Source: Octopus sinensis (lineage: Eukaryota). From it: DNA of 64,000 bases. The stretch lies in NCBI RefSeq assembly GCF_006345805.1, contig NC_043001.1, forward strand, positions 98,704,001-98,768,000, in the 5' to 3' direction. Position numbers and translations under genes: made by a program. A model generated the notes under the pieces. The model did not search any database and was not told the DNA's origin. It was given only the letters and a program-made list of their open reading frames with translations. Shown here piece by piece: positions 47,022-61,556 of the stretch (within the stretch, counting starts at the first letter, position 1; each line of letters starts with the position of its first letter).

Positions 47022-48245
47022 CTGAAAATAAGGTAAACATAACCAGGCTAAGTTCATATGCTTCATTCTTACCTTTTACCATATTGCTCAAGATTCAGTA
47101 TTCACATTTCCCTCACTAAATACATCTAAAACCGTCCCTTCACACGTTGGGTCCATGATATTACTGCAAATAACATACACACAGGAGTTGACTAAGTTAA
47201 TTCTGTCTGAAGGCTAAGACAACAAACCTGATTCTGTGTCAAGGTTAAATTAATATCTCTATGCAAATAATAAAATACAAAAAAGGGGGTTAAAATATGA
47301 AATATAACGCAAGTTGACATTTTCCTTTCATCGTGTACTATTAAGCATTTCTACTTTATGCAACAATAAATATATAACAGCTCTCCCTTTCCTACCATTC
47401 TAACAATATATGCACACATACATAGTGTATGTGTGTGTGTATATATTTTCTGCTGCTCTGTAACTTAGTGTGTGCTTCTTTTTCAGATTTTTGATTTTCT
47501 GACGATATATATATATATATACATATACATGCATACCAGCACAAGCATGGCTGTGTGCTAAGAAACTGGCTTCCCAACCACATAGTTTGGGGTTCATTCC
47601 TACTACATGGCATCTTGGGCAAATGTCTTCTAATATAGCTTCAGGCTGACCAAAGACTTGTGAGTGGATTTGGTAGATTGAAACTGAAAGAAGCTTATCA
47701 TATATAAAGCTTGTTATATATAAGAATATATACATATATATATATTATACTATATTATATATATATTATATTATATAATTATATTATATATATATTATAT
47801 TATATACATACAGGCATGGCTATATGGTAAGAAGCTTTCTTCCAAAACACATGGTTTAGGTTCAGCCTCATTGCATGGCATTTTGAGCAAGTGTCTTCTA
47901 CCTCAGGCCAACCAAAGCCTTGTGAGCGGATTTGAGAGATGGAAAGTGAAAGACGTCCGTTGCATATATTTATGTATATATTTGCATATCTCTGTTTGCA
48001 CCACCCCACTCACCATCGCTTGACAACCAATGTTGGCATGTTTACATCTCCATAACTTAGCAGTTCAGCAAAACAGACCAATAGAATAAGTAAAAGGCTT
48101 ACAAAGAATAAGTCCTGGGGTCAATTTGTTCGACTAAAGGCAATGCTCCAGGATGGTGGCAGTCAAATGACTGAAACAAGTAAACAAATAAAAGAATTAT
48201 AACCCATGCTAGCATGGAAAGCGGACGCTAAACGATGATGATATA

Positions 48246-49452
48246 CAGGGTGCGTAAGATATTTGAGGACAGACTTATGTTTGTAAAAAAAACAAATATA
48301 TAACAGATAACTTTATCAAAAAATGCTATAAGGATAAAAATAAACCTTCTTCTCTATAATGTTATTTAATAAAGCCACCTTCAACTTTAACAACTGCTTC
48401 TGTATGAGATCTAAATCATCTTCTTGCTCGAATCAAGTGGTCCTGATTCATTTTGGACATTATGGCAGCTTTCAAAGAATCTTTGGTATTATGGGCCAGT
48501 TCATTTACCTCTCTTACAAGAATGCTCCACATGTAATAGTCCAATGGATTGAGATCTGGGGAATTAGGATGCCAAATGTTAGGGGTTATGTGATCATGAA
48601 AATTTTTAGCCATCCATTCCTGTGTTACTAGAGCCATGTATAACAGTGCAGAATCTTACTGAAACACATATGGCCTTCCATTGCACACACTGTCTATCCA
48701 GGGCTTAACAATTATTTCCAGGACCTCGATGTAGGTGGCAGATTTAACTCTAAGGCCTTGTGGAAAGAAGTAAGGAGGCATCATGTGTCCTTCATTGCTG
48801 ACAACCCCTGCAACTGTCATAGTTTTCTATGACAGTTGCAGGAAATTTTGTATGCATAACATTTGGAACTTCAGAAGGGACTGCACATAACCATCAGTCA
48901 TTTCTTCTATTAGCTTTCTGATCTTAGTCAATGTGTTTTTCTCATTTGAGAAAAACCAAATCAAATTTTCTTCTGCTGAACTTTTCAGTTTGTTTAAGAG
49001 CCTTTTAGATCTGATGTAGTGATTTTCTTTTGCTTTTTCTGACAAATTGACTTTTCCTCATCATATAAGACTTATATCTGATGTCTTTGTGGACAACATT
49101 TCTGACCATTCCTTCTGACACATGGAGATCTTTTGCAATTGATCTCATGGACTTTCTGGGATTGTAATCAATGGTTTGTTGAAGTTGCTGGATAAACTCA
49201 GGTGTTCTGATGATTTCAAAGTGTAGCTCCTTACAAACTTTGTAGACAAAAGATCTGGCAACTTTTAAAAATCAAGATATTTCTAAATCGCTATGCTCAG
49301 GCTTTATAACCACAATAGCTGTATGCCTCTTCATTTCTTGATTAAGCTGAGGATCTGCCATTAGTATTTTCTAAAACAAAGATTATACAGTGTTAGCTAA
49401 AAATGCAGCAATGACCCAAAAAGGTATGTCCTCAAATACCTTATGCACCCTC
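48246..49452 (-). mobile_element. maT transposon of the same family as 35122, opposite orientation
   Basis: TIR CAGGGTGCGTAAGATATTTGAGGACA; ORF WHPNSPDLNPLDYYMW; collinear with 35122-36352. Confidence 0.88.
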
Positions 49453-49475
49453 TCTCTCTCTCTCTGTATATATAT

Positions 49476-49520
<45 letters not shown>

Positions 49521-52259
49521 GTGTACTAAATACCATACAACATGAAGTCTTGATTTCATGAAATTGTCTTCACTTTGTGAGAAAAGTAAACAAATACTTA
49601 TGGAGCAACAGTGATTGACTCCAATTGAGAAAGGAAAAAAAATCACAAGAATCAATTATTCTCTAGAACTGACATGCCATTAAGGAAAACAGTCAGATTT
49701 TCTGGAAACAGGAGGATAGCTATATACATGTGTTTCTGCCTCAATCAGGCAAAAACAGTATAACAGTTGTCCTATTTTGACTCCAGCATACATAAAACTT
49801 AGACATTTGCAAAAGAAATAGAGAACCTTTATGGCGAATGGTCAGAAGAATTAGGGTGTAGGATGTACCAGAGGTTATATCTTATACTTTATATTGTCTT
49901 CCAGATGTAACATCTTGCAAACTGTTAATTATAAGTGACCATTGAAATATAAGATAACTCCCACTAACTTCAAATATATTGAGTACTTCTTTTGATTTAC
50001 AAATACCTTAGCTGCATGTACTACTACTCTGTGTGTGTGTGAGAGATCATCTTTTAACGGCCATTTTCCATACTGGAAAGGGTTGGATTATTCTACCAGA
50101 GCTGGGAAGCTGCACCAGGTTTCAGTCTGATTTGCCTTGATTTTTACAGCTGGATATACTTCCTAGTGCCAACCACTTTACAGCATGTGCTGGGCAATTT
50201 TATAAATGTGGCATCAGCTTGAGTGCTTTTATGTGGCACCAAGTCAAGTGCTACACACACACATGATTATGCATGTTATACAAGACACATTCATTGTGAG
50301 ATTGACCAACCAGATTCCTGAATAATAATTCCAGGCGATTTGACTGTCCAGTGCTTTTTCATTTCCAAAACCTGTTAGACATATTGCAATATTATGTTTT
50401 GCCAGGAACAATGGTTGTAACAAATCTCTAAGTATCATACAACACCAACTAGCAGGGACCCCAGAAATTAAAAGTATAATTGCCCTTTCTCTACAATCAA
50501 ATTGTAGCCCTATGTAAGGTACAAAACTTTGCCAGACTCAATCTACTTTGTATTTCATGAGTAGTCAAGGGTAGAAAGGGGATGGATAAGCAGATGTAGA
50601 AGTGGTTGATTTAACAAGTAGTTGCAAAAGTTAAAATTAATTCACATATTAAAATTAACAGTGGTGTTTAATAGTTGTTTCTCTTTTAATAAGAATAATT
50701 CCTTCCATACAGCACAAGAACAGAAATTTGGAAATGCAAGGTTGTCAATTACATGAATACCTGTTCTTAACAGATGTTTATTTTATCAACCCCAAAAGGA
50801 TGAAATGCAAAGCCAACCTCGGTAGAATTTGAACTCAGAAAGAAATACACAAGGCATTTTGTCTGATGTTCTAATGAAGGATTCTGCCAATCCGCCATCT
50901 TTTTAATAATAATTTCTTACATAAACACGAGGCCAGAAATTTAGAGAACAGTTGAATATACACCTGGAACAAATATCACAAAGCATTCTCTCTAAAGCTC
51001 TAATAATTCTGCCAATCCACAAGGTGATTGAGCATTTACAAGAGAACAATCGAAGTCCTGCAGATGTATGCCCAACTAAATAGATCTTTATTACAAAACA
51101 AAAAAGATGGCTTTGGGTAATGTGAAAGTATATAAAATTAACTTCTCATGTGCCAACAATGATTAAAAGCAGGCTTTAGATTTCATTCCACATTACTTGC
51201 TCATCAACATTTTGGAAGGCCATGAATTTATGGATTTCCTGGTGAACACCTATAAAAAGAATAATGAAGAAATGGCAGACAGCTCTTCCAGTTCACCAAT
51301 ACCAAGACATTAATGTCCACTCTCATAGGAAAATCTTATGGGATATTATAAAGTGACAATACATCTAGTGGTTCACTTTGTTGTCCTAAAGTTGACTAAG
51401 AAAATACAAACAAACATACACCATTTGTGTGTGTATATGTGTCTGTGGGCATGCACATGTGTATGTACAACTTTTACAAGTATCTTGAACAAAATGAGAA
51501 AATCAGGTATGATAAGCTATTAACAAGGAGAGAACAAGAAATAATTGCCTCAAGAGGTTAAGAAAATATAGTTATCAAAATGCTCAACCTACAAGTATAT
51601 TGCTCATAACACCTTGGCAGTGCTCATCCTAACACCTACATCTGTCTTCTGACTAATTGCTACAGAAACTACTTAGTTTTACTGGAAATTTCAAAACCAA
51701 TGAGGATGTAGAGATACTTCCTATGCAAATAGGGTAGCTGCTACTTTCTGTCTATAAGAGTTGGATTATAACATTAAAGTAACATCTCTGACAGACAAAA
51801 AAAAAAGACAACTATCTCATTCAAGTTTTTAAGTGGTGTGGGTACTGGTTCCACATAAAAAGCACTCATCACACTCTGTGAAGTGGCTAGCATTAGGAAG
51901 GACATCCAGCCATAGAAACCAAGCCAAAACAGACTATGGAATCCTGGTGCAGCCTCTGGCTTTGCCAGTTTCTGTCAAGCTGTCAAGCTATCCAACCCAT
52001 GCCAGCATGGAAAACAGACATTAAATGATGATGATGATGCATAAAAATAAAACATCATTAGGTTAGCTAATGTACTTGAGGATGACATGAATTAAAGGCT
52101 GGCAATGACTTCTCTTCAAAGAACATTGGAAAACCCCACCATTTTATAAGATTTTCCAGTAAAAAAAACAAAAAAAAACAGACCAGTACACTGAAAAGGT
52201 TATACATGGATATTTGAAATGAAAAACACAGACTGTACTTAGAATAAATTAGACTAAGC

Positions 52260-52920
52260 CCATAAAACAGTATCAAGAAGTTTCTAACATCTCACTGTGG
52301 AAGTTATCTCTTTGCAATCAAGAAGCAAGAAATCCCCAATCACAAAAGGCAGAAAACAGCTGACAACAAATTAAGCTATGCAAACCCTTAACTAAAGACT
52401 CTTGCCACCTCATTTCCAATTGCAAAAAAATGTCTTCAAGATATTGCCTTCCATGATGTAGTAGTCAGAGCAATCTAGAAGACTAAAATATAGAAAAATA
52501 ATCAATAAAAATGAAAACACTGAGACCAATGGAACAAAAGAATATAGGCAAGACCTAAAAATAATAAAAGCAATTAAACTCAAAAACAATCAAAGCTGAT
52601 GTTGTTGTTTGAGATCACAAAATAAAAACATGTTCAGCTGTGGAAGTCACTTGCCTGCTTGATATCAATAATGCAAAGAAAGACATCAATGAATCACTGA
52701 TGAGGAGTCTGAAATCCAATGCCCAAAACACACTTTTTGTTTTATGCCATTTATTATTGGAGCAATAGGATATGTACCAAGCCCAACTGGATCAAACTAT
52801 TGTTAAATTTAGATTTTTGGAGAAAGAATACAGCTCAATAATTCATATGCTACAGAAGATGATGATATCTGGGAAAATAAAAATCTGAAAGAACTTCTTC
52901 AAATGTAATAGATGAAAGGG
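52260..52920 (+). mobile_element. Second, more eroded REL-type LINE remnant
   Basis: GSYLFAIKKQEIP, ADVVV*DH..AVEVTCLLD and FIIGAIGYVP parallel 28600-30420. Confidence 0.65.
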
Positions 52921-54704
52921 TTCAGAAAGTATTATAAACCGAACAAGATTCACCTTATTTTAATATCCTTCTTTTTTCCAGTCAGGAAGAGAGAAAATAC
53001 AAACAATAAAAACCAACAGTTTATGAATTAAAGTAATGTATTGGAAACAAAGTGATCGTACAAATAAAGAAAGTATGATTCACCACTAGAGATAATAATG
53101 AAACTCAACAAAGTAGAAGAAAAACTTAAAAGTGGCAAATCATTAAAAATTTAAGATTATCTCCAAATACAAACCCTTTATTATTCTCCTTCTAGTAACT
53201 AATCTAGAATTGGTCTTTTGGCTACTACTAAGAAACCTATCATCAAAGATCTTATGGTTGAGAAATTATCTTGATGTTTCTCCCTGTTGCAAACCTCTCT
53301 ATTGCATTCACTTTTCATGTATTTTATGGGATGTCAAAATTTTCATCACAGCTCGAAATAAAAAGACAAGTGAATTTAACAGTCTTGCTAAGTTTAAGGA
53401 CAAGATTGTTGACTTTTGCTGATTCAGCCTAGCTCTACATGGCTGATCAACATGCTAGAAACAGCAGTGAACTAGCCCATAACTTATACCATCACAACTT
53501 TAAAATGAAGGATATGTTACTGGCTGCAAGGTATCCTGAAGGAATGAAAAATGAGACAATCATTGACACTAAATGTTCTCAAACAGGGCTAAACAACAAC
53601 ACAATGTATGCAAAAGCAAAAGTATTGTACACATAACAATGCAAGTTAACCAATACATCATACAGACCTTGCACATCATACAAATCATACAGCAGCCCTT
53701 GCCCTTTCGTTATCAATTCTTTCACTATCTGTAAAAACTAAATTCCTATTCAAAATGACAACAGTGAATAACTCTTTCAAGCATTAGTAGTAATTATCAC
53801 AGCAACAAACTGAAACAGCTTAGGAACTGGCTTCAAGAATTCTTTATATAATAGTCAGTCAAACCGTATTGTCATAATAACACTGTAACTAGAGATAGAA
53901 GAGTGATGAAGCCACTCCCTCTTATTATATACATCCCTATTGATTCAGAAATTCCCAGTTGCTAGAGAATAAAAAAAAAAGCTAATGAAGTGGTAAGTGA
54001 AATGTTACCATAAACAACGAATTCATCAGGTTATTTCCTTAAATGTCCTAGAAACATATTTTTAAATCTTAAACCCCAAAATATTAATATCAACTAAAAT
54101 CGGTTTCATTCACTGAAAATTGATATATGTATGGATGTATGATGAATGCATGCATGTATGTGTGAGAGAGAGAATGTGTGTGTGTATGACATATGAAATA
54201 CACTACAATATTTCTTTCAACTCTGCTTTCAGGGTTCAAATACTATCAGGGTCAATGTTGCCTTTCATTTTCAGGAGCAATGAAAAACTATCAGTCAAGT
54301 GCTGTTGTAGTCCTCTCTCCCTCTAGCTATAACATTCTGAATGTTCAGGTGAGTCAAAGTAGTTGGAGCCAAGTAATTTGTGTCTCATTATGGCAACATA
54401 AATACCTAAAGCAATCAGTGAAAACATGGTACCTGCTACCAATTTATTCTTGATTTTGAATGATAGATATAGTTTATGATGCACACAGACACACACACGT
54501 TTGCACATGCAAACTCAGCAATAAAACACATACATGCTCCAGAGGTACAACATAATTAGTTTTAGCAAGTTATTTTTCACTGTAAGTACTCAATGAATTA
54601 TAGTAAAACTATGAAAAATGTAGGGATGAAACAAATACACTCATATATACACACACATACACAAACCCATATAAACCCCTTATTTGTATAAATATTCATA
54701 TACA

Positions 54705-55962
54705 CCAGATGTGTTCAAATAGTATCTGACTTCATTTTTTTCTGCCAAAACTGATGCTGCATGGGAGAAATCACTTGGGTGGGAGGTTATGCCACCCTTC
54801 CTGTGCAAGCATGAAAATTTTTGCACTGGTAGGCTATGTCACTTCCCAGACGTTATTCCTACAGTACAGATGTATAGTGCATGCTTGTTGGATTTTCATT
54901 TACATAAAAGATGACTGAATGCATCAAGCAGAAATACTGCATCAAGTTTTGCTATAAGCTTGGTCATACTCAAGCTACCCAGAAGATTCAGCAGGCTTGT
55001 GGCAATTATACCTCAGGCAAAACTCAGGTCAAGGAGTGGTACAACTGTTTTAAACATAGCTGCACCTTAGTGGAGAGTGAAGCATGATCAGGCAGACCAT
55101 CCACAAACTGAAATGAGGAGCTGATTGGGAAGGTTCAACAAATAGTCATGGAAGACCATCATGTTACAATCCAAGAAATAGCTCACAAGATGGGGGAATA
55201 AACACAGGATCAGTACATTCTATTTTAACGGAAGATTTGTGTATGCAGAGAGTGTCAATGAAATTGATTCCCAATGTACTGGCAAAGCAGCAGAAGCAAA
55301 TCCGCATGGTAATCACTCAGGGCATCCTGAGCTGTGCAAACCACAACCTAGACTTCATGATGACTATTATCACTGGTTACAATCGGGACACCAAGTTCCA
55401 GTACTCCTAATGGAAGCATCTGTCATCACCAAAGCCCACAGCAATATGAAGATAATGCTGACCTGTTTTTATTGCTCTTGTGGCATTGTGCATCATGAAT
55501 ACACATCACAAGGCCAAACAATCAATAAGGAATGCTACCTGAAGGTTATACATCACCTTTGAAATGCTGTACATTGAAAGTGGCTGGACATGTGGGCAGT
55601 GAAGAATTGGCAACATAATTACCCACATAATCCAAGGTTTCCTGGCCAAGAACAACACACCACTTGTTCAACAGGCTCCCTACTCTCCCAACTTGGCACC
55701 ACCATATGACTTCTGAGTCTTTCCCCAAACTGAAAACTATGCTGAAAGGAAGTGACTGAAGTCGCAAGAGGAAATTATGAGAAAAGTAACAGCAGAGCTC
55801 CATGTCATTCCAGAGGTCTTACCAGTAGTGGCAGAATGACAAGAAGAAGTGTGTTAACTCCTAACGAGAGTATTTTGAAGGTGGTTAAACATAATTTGTG
55901 AAATGTACCAAATTGTTTTGTTTTTTATGCCCAGACATTGGATACTTTCTGAACAGACCTTG
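54705..55962 (+). mobile_element. Mariner-family transposon, degenerate
   Basis: TIR-like ends G.TGTTCA.A.AGTATC / GATACTTTCTGAACAGACC. Remnants include MKIMLTCFY..GIVHHEY..GQTINKECYLKV and a DF*VFPKLK-type motif. Confidence 0.75.
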
Positions 55963-58479
55963 TATATTGACATGCATCCATACATACATAAATTCATAAG
56001 CACTGATAGCATGTACATACATGCAAGCATGAACAAATAATAACCTCACATAGGTTCCAACTGGTTGCAAGTGAATTCTTGATCAATTTGTTACCACCAT
56101 ACATACACACACTTTTTTGCCTTCACTAAATTACATTTTACATATTTATTTATTGAAAGCTAAAGTTCCCTGCTGATTCTCCTCTGGGTTTTCTCATTCC
56201 TAAATATTCTTCATGTTACCTTGAACAACATGCAAGTCACAAAAAAACTCAGACTAGCAATAAAGTGAAGCTGTGGCATCAAATACATGGGCACTTTATT
56301 ATATATATATGAAGTCCTTTTCTTCTCATTTGATTATCCAAATGCAAATGTGTAGCATTATACAATGTCTACAGTACTGCTCTTTCATAAAGTACATGAA
56401 TTCCACACAAAAATCAAAAAAAAAAAAGTACTCTCACTTATCAAATGTAAAGTTGCCATGGTTGGGCAAAATGTATTGCAATATTTATTCAGGCACCTTG
56501 CATTCTGAGTTCAAATCCCATCAACATTGATTTTTGTCAGAAATCATTCTAGGATCAATAAATAAAATACCAGTCTAAAATAGTGGACAAATGGCAATGT
56601 TAGATCATTAGCAGTGTTTGTTCCAGCTCTATGTGTTTTAAGTTCAAATCCTTCCATGGCCGAATTGTATAGTAGAACAGTTCCCAGATTTAACTCTATG
56701 ACACAGTACCTTGATATCATTAGAGGAGTCCCTTCTCTTGTAAGCATTTTACCAGGTTTCTCAAAGGAGGTTAACTTCCTCCCTCCCACTAGCCTCAGAG
56801 ACCCTATAAAAGGCCTTGGAGATTACCCTTCTTATTGACAAAAACATTACAAATAAAAAGAAAGGTTCCAAGAACACTAAAAGACAGGAAAGGCTATATA
56901 GGAAACACTGCCTGCTGGCCACTCTCTCTTTTCTACTCTTTATCTCCTACTTACTCTTTTTTCTCTCTTTCTAACTATATCTTTCTCCCTCTACTTTGTA
57001 TAATATATAAAGCTAAGAGTTCCCTTTTGGAGCCATAAAAGAACTTATATATAAAAGATAAAATAAGAGGTTGTGGAAGGAACTGTGAGAGTTGTTAGAA
57101 GAAGAATCAGTGTTCAGTAAAACTATCATCTGCAAAAGGGTTTCAATATAAAAAAGAAAAAAATGAGGGAATCACTCTGCCTCCAACTAAGGGATAGATG
57201 TTAAGAGAAGATTGAGATTGTCGAATATAAACAAATTCATCACATCACTTATGTATAAAAAAAGGGGTAGGACATCAGCCTTCTTCCAAGGTTATTATAT
57301 TTATATACCAAATGTTTATACATATACATAAACAGATATATATGTACATATAGATACACACACATACACAAATATATGCAAACATTTATACACTCACACA
57401 CATGTGTGTCCTCATGTGCATGCCTGTAAATGCACACTTATGTGTGAGAAAGAGAGATGACAGAGTCAATTGTAAACTAATAGCTTGTATAAAGACAGTA
57501 GGTATTTGCCTTAGAAGTGGGGTATCGGGATGTCGAGCTTGCTTGTAGTTCTATTGGTGACCATCAACTTAACCATTTCAAATCCAGGTGTGGTTTATGA
57601 TTGTATTCCTCCCCTAAACACACATTAATATAGAAGCTGCAATCACCACAGGATAGTGAAAAGAAAAGGGAAAATAAGGGAAAATCAAGGAGAAAACTTG
57701 AAACTATAAGCACCTTACCTGTTTCTGTCTAACAACATCTCACAGTAAATTTGACAAGGATGAAGGTAGACATAACAAAAGAATATGAATATTCCATTGA
57801 ATTGGCTGGTTTAAAGTTTGGTCTTTTTCTTGTTCTCTTTTGCACATGAGATTGAACATGCAAGATTTTGCTTACAATTTCAACCCATAAAAATCAATAA
57901 ATAATTTAAAACCTGCTGAACATAAGAAACTTCTTTTTTTTTGACAGTGAAGAAATTATATAAAAAGGGAAAAAAACACAAGATATTGATATGATAATGT
58001 AAATAATACTGAAAATGTTTTGTTTTTTTTAATATGAAATAATAATAATAATAATAATTATAATTATAATAATATCAAAAGATAATTATGTATAGAATTT
58101 AAAATATGAATTAAAAAAAATATTCTTTTAATTAAACACAAGAAAAACAACATCTAAACAAAAGGGAAAAAAACAAGAGCAAACATTCACAGAAATGTCA
58201 AATAATATCTAATAGAAAAAAAAGTCTCAGTTAATGTCACCATCAATAACTGTTACCTATTTATCACATTTTCAATAGAGGGATAAATGGGAGAAATTAA
58301 AAATAAATAAGGATCTCTTTGGCAAAAAAAATAAATTTCTGCTCCCAATCTTTTTTTTCTGTTTTTCTTTTGGTCAAGGAACATTCTTTTTGCTACTTAC
58401 TTTCTTGAAGTAATAAATTTTAAATATGAAACAACAAACCTTACAGTAAAAAGAAATCCTGGAATTAAGTAGATGAATT

Positions 58480-58658
58480 ATTCTATACATACATACATTT
58501 ATACACACACACATCTATATAGATATATACATATCACACATACATACATATATATATATATATACATACATACATTTATACACACACACATCTATATAGA
58601 TATATACATATCACACATACATACATATATATATACACATACATACATACATATATAT

Positions 58659-58695
<37 letters not shown>

Positions 58696-58742
58696 TATAT
58701 ATACACATACATACATACACACACACACACATATATATATAC

Positions 58743-58815
<73 letters not shown>

Positions 58816-58820
58816 CATAT
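58480..58820. repeat. Compound (AC/AT/ACAT) microsatellite
   Basis: Direct inspection. Confidence 0.95.
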
Positions 58821-59219
58821 AAGAAAACATATAAAGTTGATTGGATATCAGAGGACTAATTAAAATAAGAGTAATGGTAATTTACTTGAAGCATCGCAGT
58901 ATGTAAATAATGAGATGTTTATAAAACAGTTAAGGACTGCAGGTGAGGAGTTAATTAAAATAATGTAAGGTAATGTCAATGCGTGAAAAACAAAGATATT
59001 GCATTACTTCACATAGGCTGGTTAATAATCCGATAATACTCTCAGATAACTCCCCGTTTTAAAATAAAACCCCCAAAAAATAAATCAATAGAGTTCAGAG
59101 AAGCTGTTGGAATTTAACTACTCACACTTATTGCTCAAAAGTTTTTAAAATATTACTGTAAATATCTCATTACTAATTAAAATATTATTTTAAATCTTGC
59201 TACTGATTCTGTGTCATGT

Positions 59220-59550
59220 TTAGTTAGTTAGTTAATTTTTTGGCTCAAAAAGCAAAAAAGCAAGGCCATGTAGGGGGACATGGAGTTATGTACAGAGTGG
59301 TGTTCATGTAAAGAGTTCAGGTCACTTGTGGTCAAGGGAGACTTTGAACCGAGCGGTCGTCGGCATCTTCACCATCTCGTCCGGCAGCTTATTCCATGGA
59401 TCCGCAAGCTGGACGGAGAAAGCCCCTCTCCTTCGATTGAGACGAAATCATCGCAGATAGAGCTTTTCGGAATGACCCTGCAGCCGACGCTCTGGAGCAG
59501 GAGTGAAGAACAGCTCCTTCGAGAGGTTACACTTTCCGCTTATGGCTTAG
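59220..59550 (-). mobile_element. CR1 LINE 3' end, relatively young
   Basis: The minus strand reads GHSEKLYLR*FRLNRRRGAFSVQLADPWNKLPDEMVKMPTTARFKVSLD, followed by a (TAAC)n tail near 59220; many CpGs are retained. Confidence 0.8.
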
Positions 59551-59931
59551 AGACTTCTGTATGGCCAAGTTCATCTACATGCAGATACCACAGGGTATTT
59601 ACCCGTAAAAGCTACATTGTAATCATGAAAAAGACCACAATGTTAAGTGTTTCAATAGCTTGCAGTGCAGTTTAAATTTTCCTGTGAGTACAGCATCTGA
59701 CAAGCCCAAGATACACCACATGAAGATGGAAATCCACAGTAGTACCTCCAATGGGGCCTATGACTATATTCCATATTAAATAACTAGTCTCCTTGGTTGT
59801 AACAAAGTTATACAAGGTGTTACAGGAGTAAGTAACAGAAGCGGACAAAGCATCGTCTTCAGTTATAATTCCATTCATACCTCGGATACACTACACTTAT
59901 AGGCACCCAGTACTTGATACCTAATCTATAT

Positions 59932-60215
59932 CAGTGGTTCCCAAAGTGGGCAGTATCCCCCCTCAGGGGCAATAGAAAGACTGGGGTGGGGATTGAGAAA
60001 ATGGAGTGATAATGGGGTGACCAAAATGGGGAAATGGGTACCCAAAAAACAAACAAAATAATGGGTTAATTAGGTTAAGTCTTATTTGTGAAATACTGTT
60101 GTTTTGAATTTGCTGCAGAAAATGGCCTAGGTCAATGGTGGTGAGTGGGGGAGGCACTAGGAATGTGGCCTTAGAACTAAGGGGGCGGCAGCCTGAAAAA
60201 GTTTGGGAACCACTG
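59932..60215. mobile_element. hAT-like MITE
   Basis: TIR CAGTGGTTCCCAAA / TTTGGGAACCACTG; 8-bp flanks ATCTATAT / CTTTATAT (6/8 match). Confidence 0.8.
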
Positions 60216-60664
60216 CTTTATATTATTGACCACAGAAGAATAAAAGGCAAAAATTGACCTTGGTAGGATCTGAACTCAGAGTGTAAAGGGTCATAATTAA
60301 ATACTGTTAGGCATTTTGTCCAACACACTAACAACTCAGCCAATTTATTTGTCATATTAATGTGCTTCTTTACCTAACAATGCTGAGTTCAAACTTTTCC
60401 GTAGATTTTGTTGTTCAAGGCAAGATAAGCTTTGTTATGCAGTGCTTCGAGACAAAAACCTTCTCTGGTATCCACAAATGGGAATAATATGGAACTTGTC
60501 CTTAAATATGAAAGTAGTTTTAGTCTTTAGATACGTAAATTAATGATTTGCTCATGAAGACCACAGAATTGTAACACAGCAGTTTTAAAGTGAGCACTGA
60601 AGCTCTGCCCTATAAAATAATGATTCTGAAACCTAGTCCACACACACATGCATACATATATATA

Positions 60665-60980
60665 TATAGTCGATAAAGGAAATGGAAGATGGATTTAGTA
60701 TGAATCTTTATATAGCACAATGGTTGTTTTGACCCATCCTGCATCTGTCTCATAGGAGTAGGATATTGTGCATCTGGTTGCATTGCATCAATCAGTGCAG
60801 ACTGTGTCACCTCAGATGTTTGATGTAGAAAACTATCTCACTACACCAAGCACCTGGAGTGACACAACCAGATACTCAATACCCTACTCCATTGGGAAAG
60901 ATGTAGGATGGGTTAAAATGATCATCGTGCTGATTAAAGATGTATACTAAATCCATCTTCTGTTTCCTTTATCAACTATA
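60665..60980. mobile_element. Fold-back MITE with ~120-bp imperfect arms
   Basis: TATAGTCGATAAAGGAAATGGAAGATGGATTTAGTA pairs with TACTAAATCCATCTTCTGTTTCCTTTATCAACTATA; pairing continues inward to a ~75-bp loop. Confidence 0.75.
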
Positions 60981-61556
60981 AACTCAACAAACACCACAGA
61001 TTTCCTAATGTAGATCCAGTGAAAATTATATCAGGTAGCCCAAACGGTGAATGTGCTTTAAACAACATACTAATAGACATATACTCAAAGTCCAAATAGT
61101 TACAAAGTATATATATATATATATATAGGCTACTTTAAAACAATTGAGAATTGATTAAAAAAAACGCAGCACAAAAGACAGAAACAAGAAGAAACTAATA
61201 ATCCCAGAACCTTAAACTGCGTTAGTAACAGCTTCAAAATATAATCACCATTAACTAATTGTATTAGAAATTATTATAATTCATTATTCTCTTTACCCAG
61301 AAATTCCTTTACACAACTATTGACTCATGTTGTTTAAAAATACATTTTCTTTTTTTTTTTTTTTGAAAATATTTTCCTATAAGTTAGTTTTTTTGAGTGT
61401 TTATTATTTTTTTTTAAATAAATGACATGTATAGAAATTCTATATTCTTAATCTGTGTATTAAATGGTACACATGGTATACATACCATACCTGACAGCAA
61501 AGAGTTAAAATATTCTTTCATACATAGAATTTATTATTTCTTTTCTAGTACCTTAC

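Noticed and set aside
52697-52720. CTGATGA...GAAA hammerhead-like motif
   Set aside because: No credible stem II, stem I or cleavage triplet; it lies in the LINE coding remnant (LMRSLK).
54327-54348. 22-nt plus-strand exon-like segment (YNILNVQ)
   Set aside because: Isolated, on the opposite strand to the other candidates, and too short to evaluate.
59672-59878. 68-aa ORF with a sushi-like VTYSCN
   Set aside because: It lacks the remaining Cys/Trp pattern and splice boundaries.
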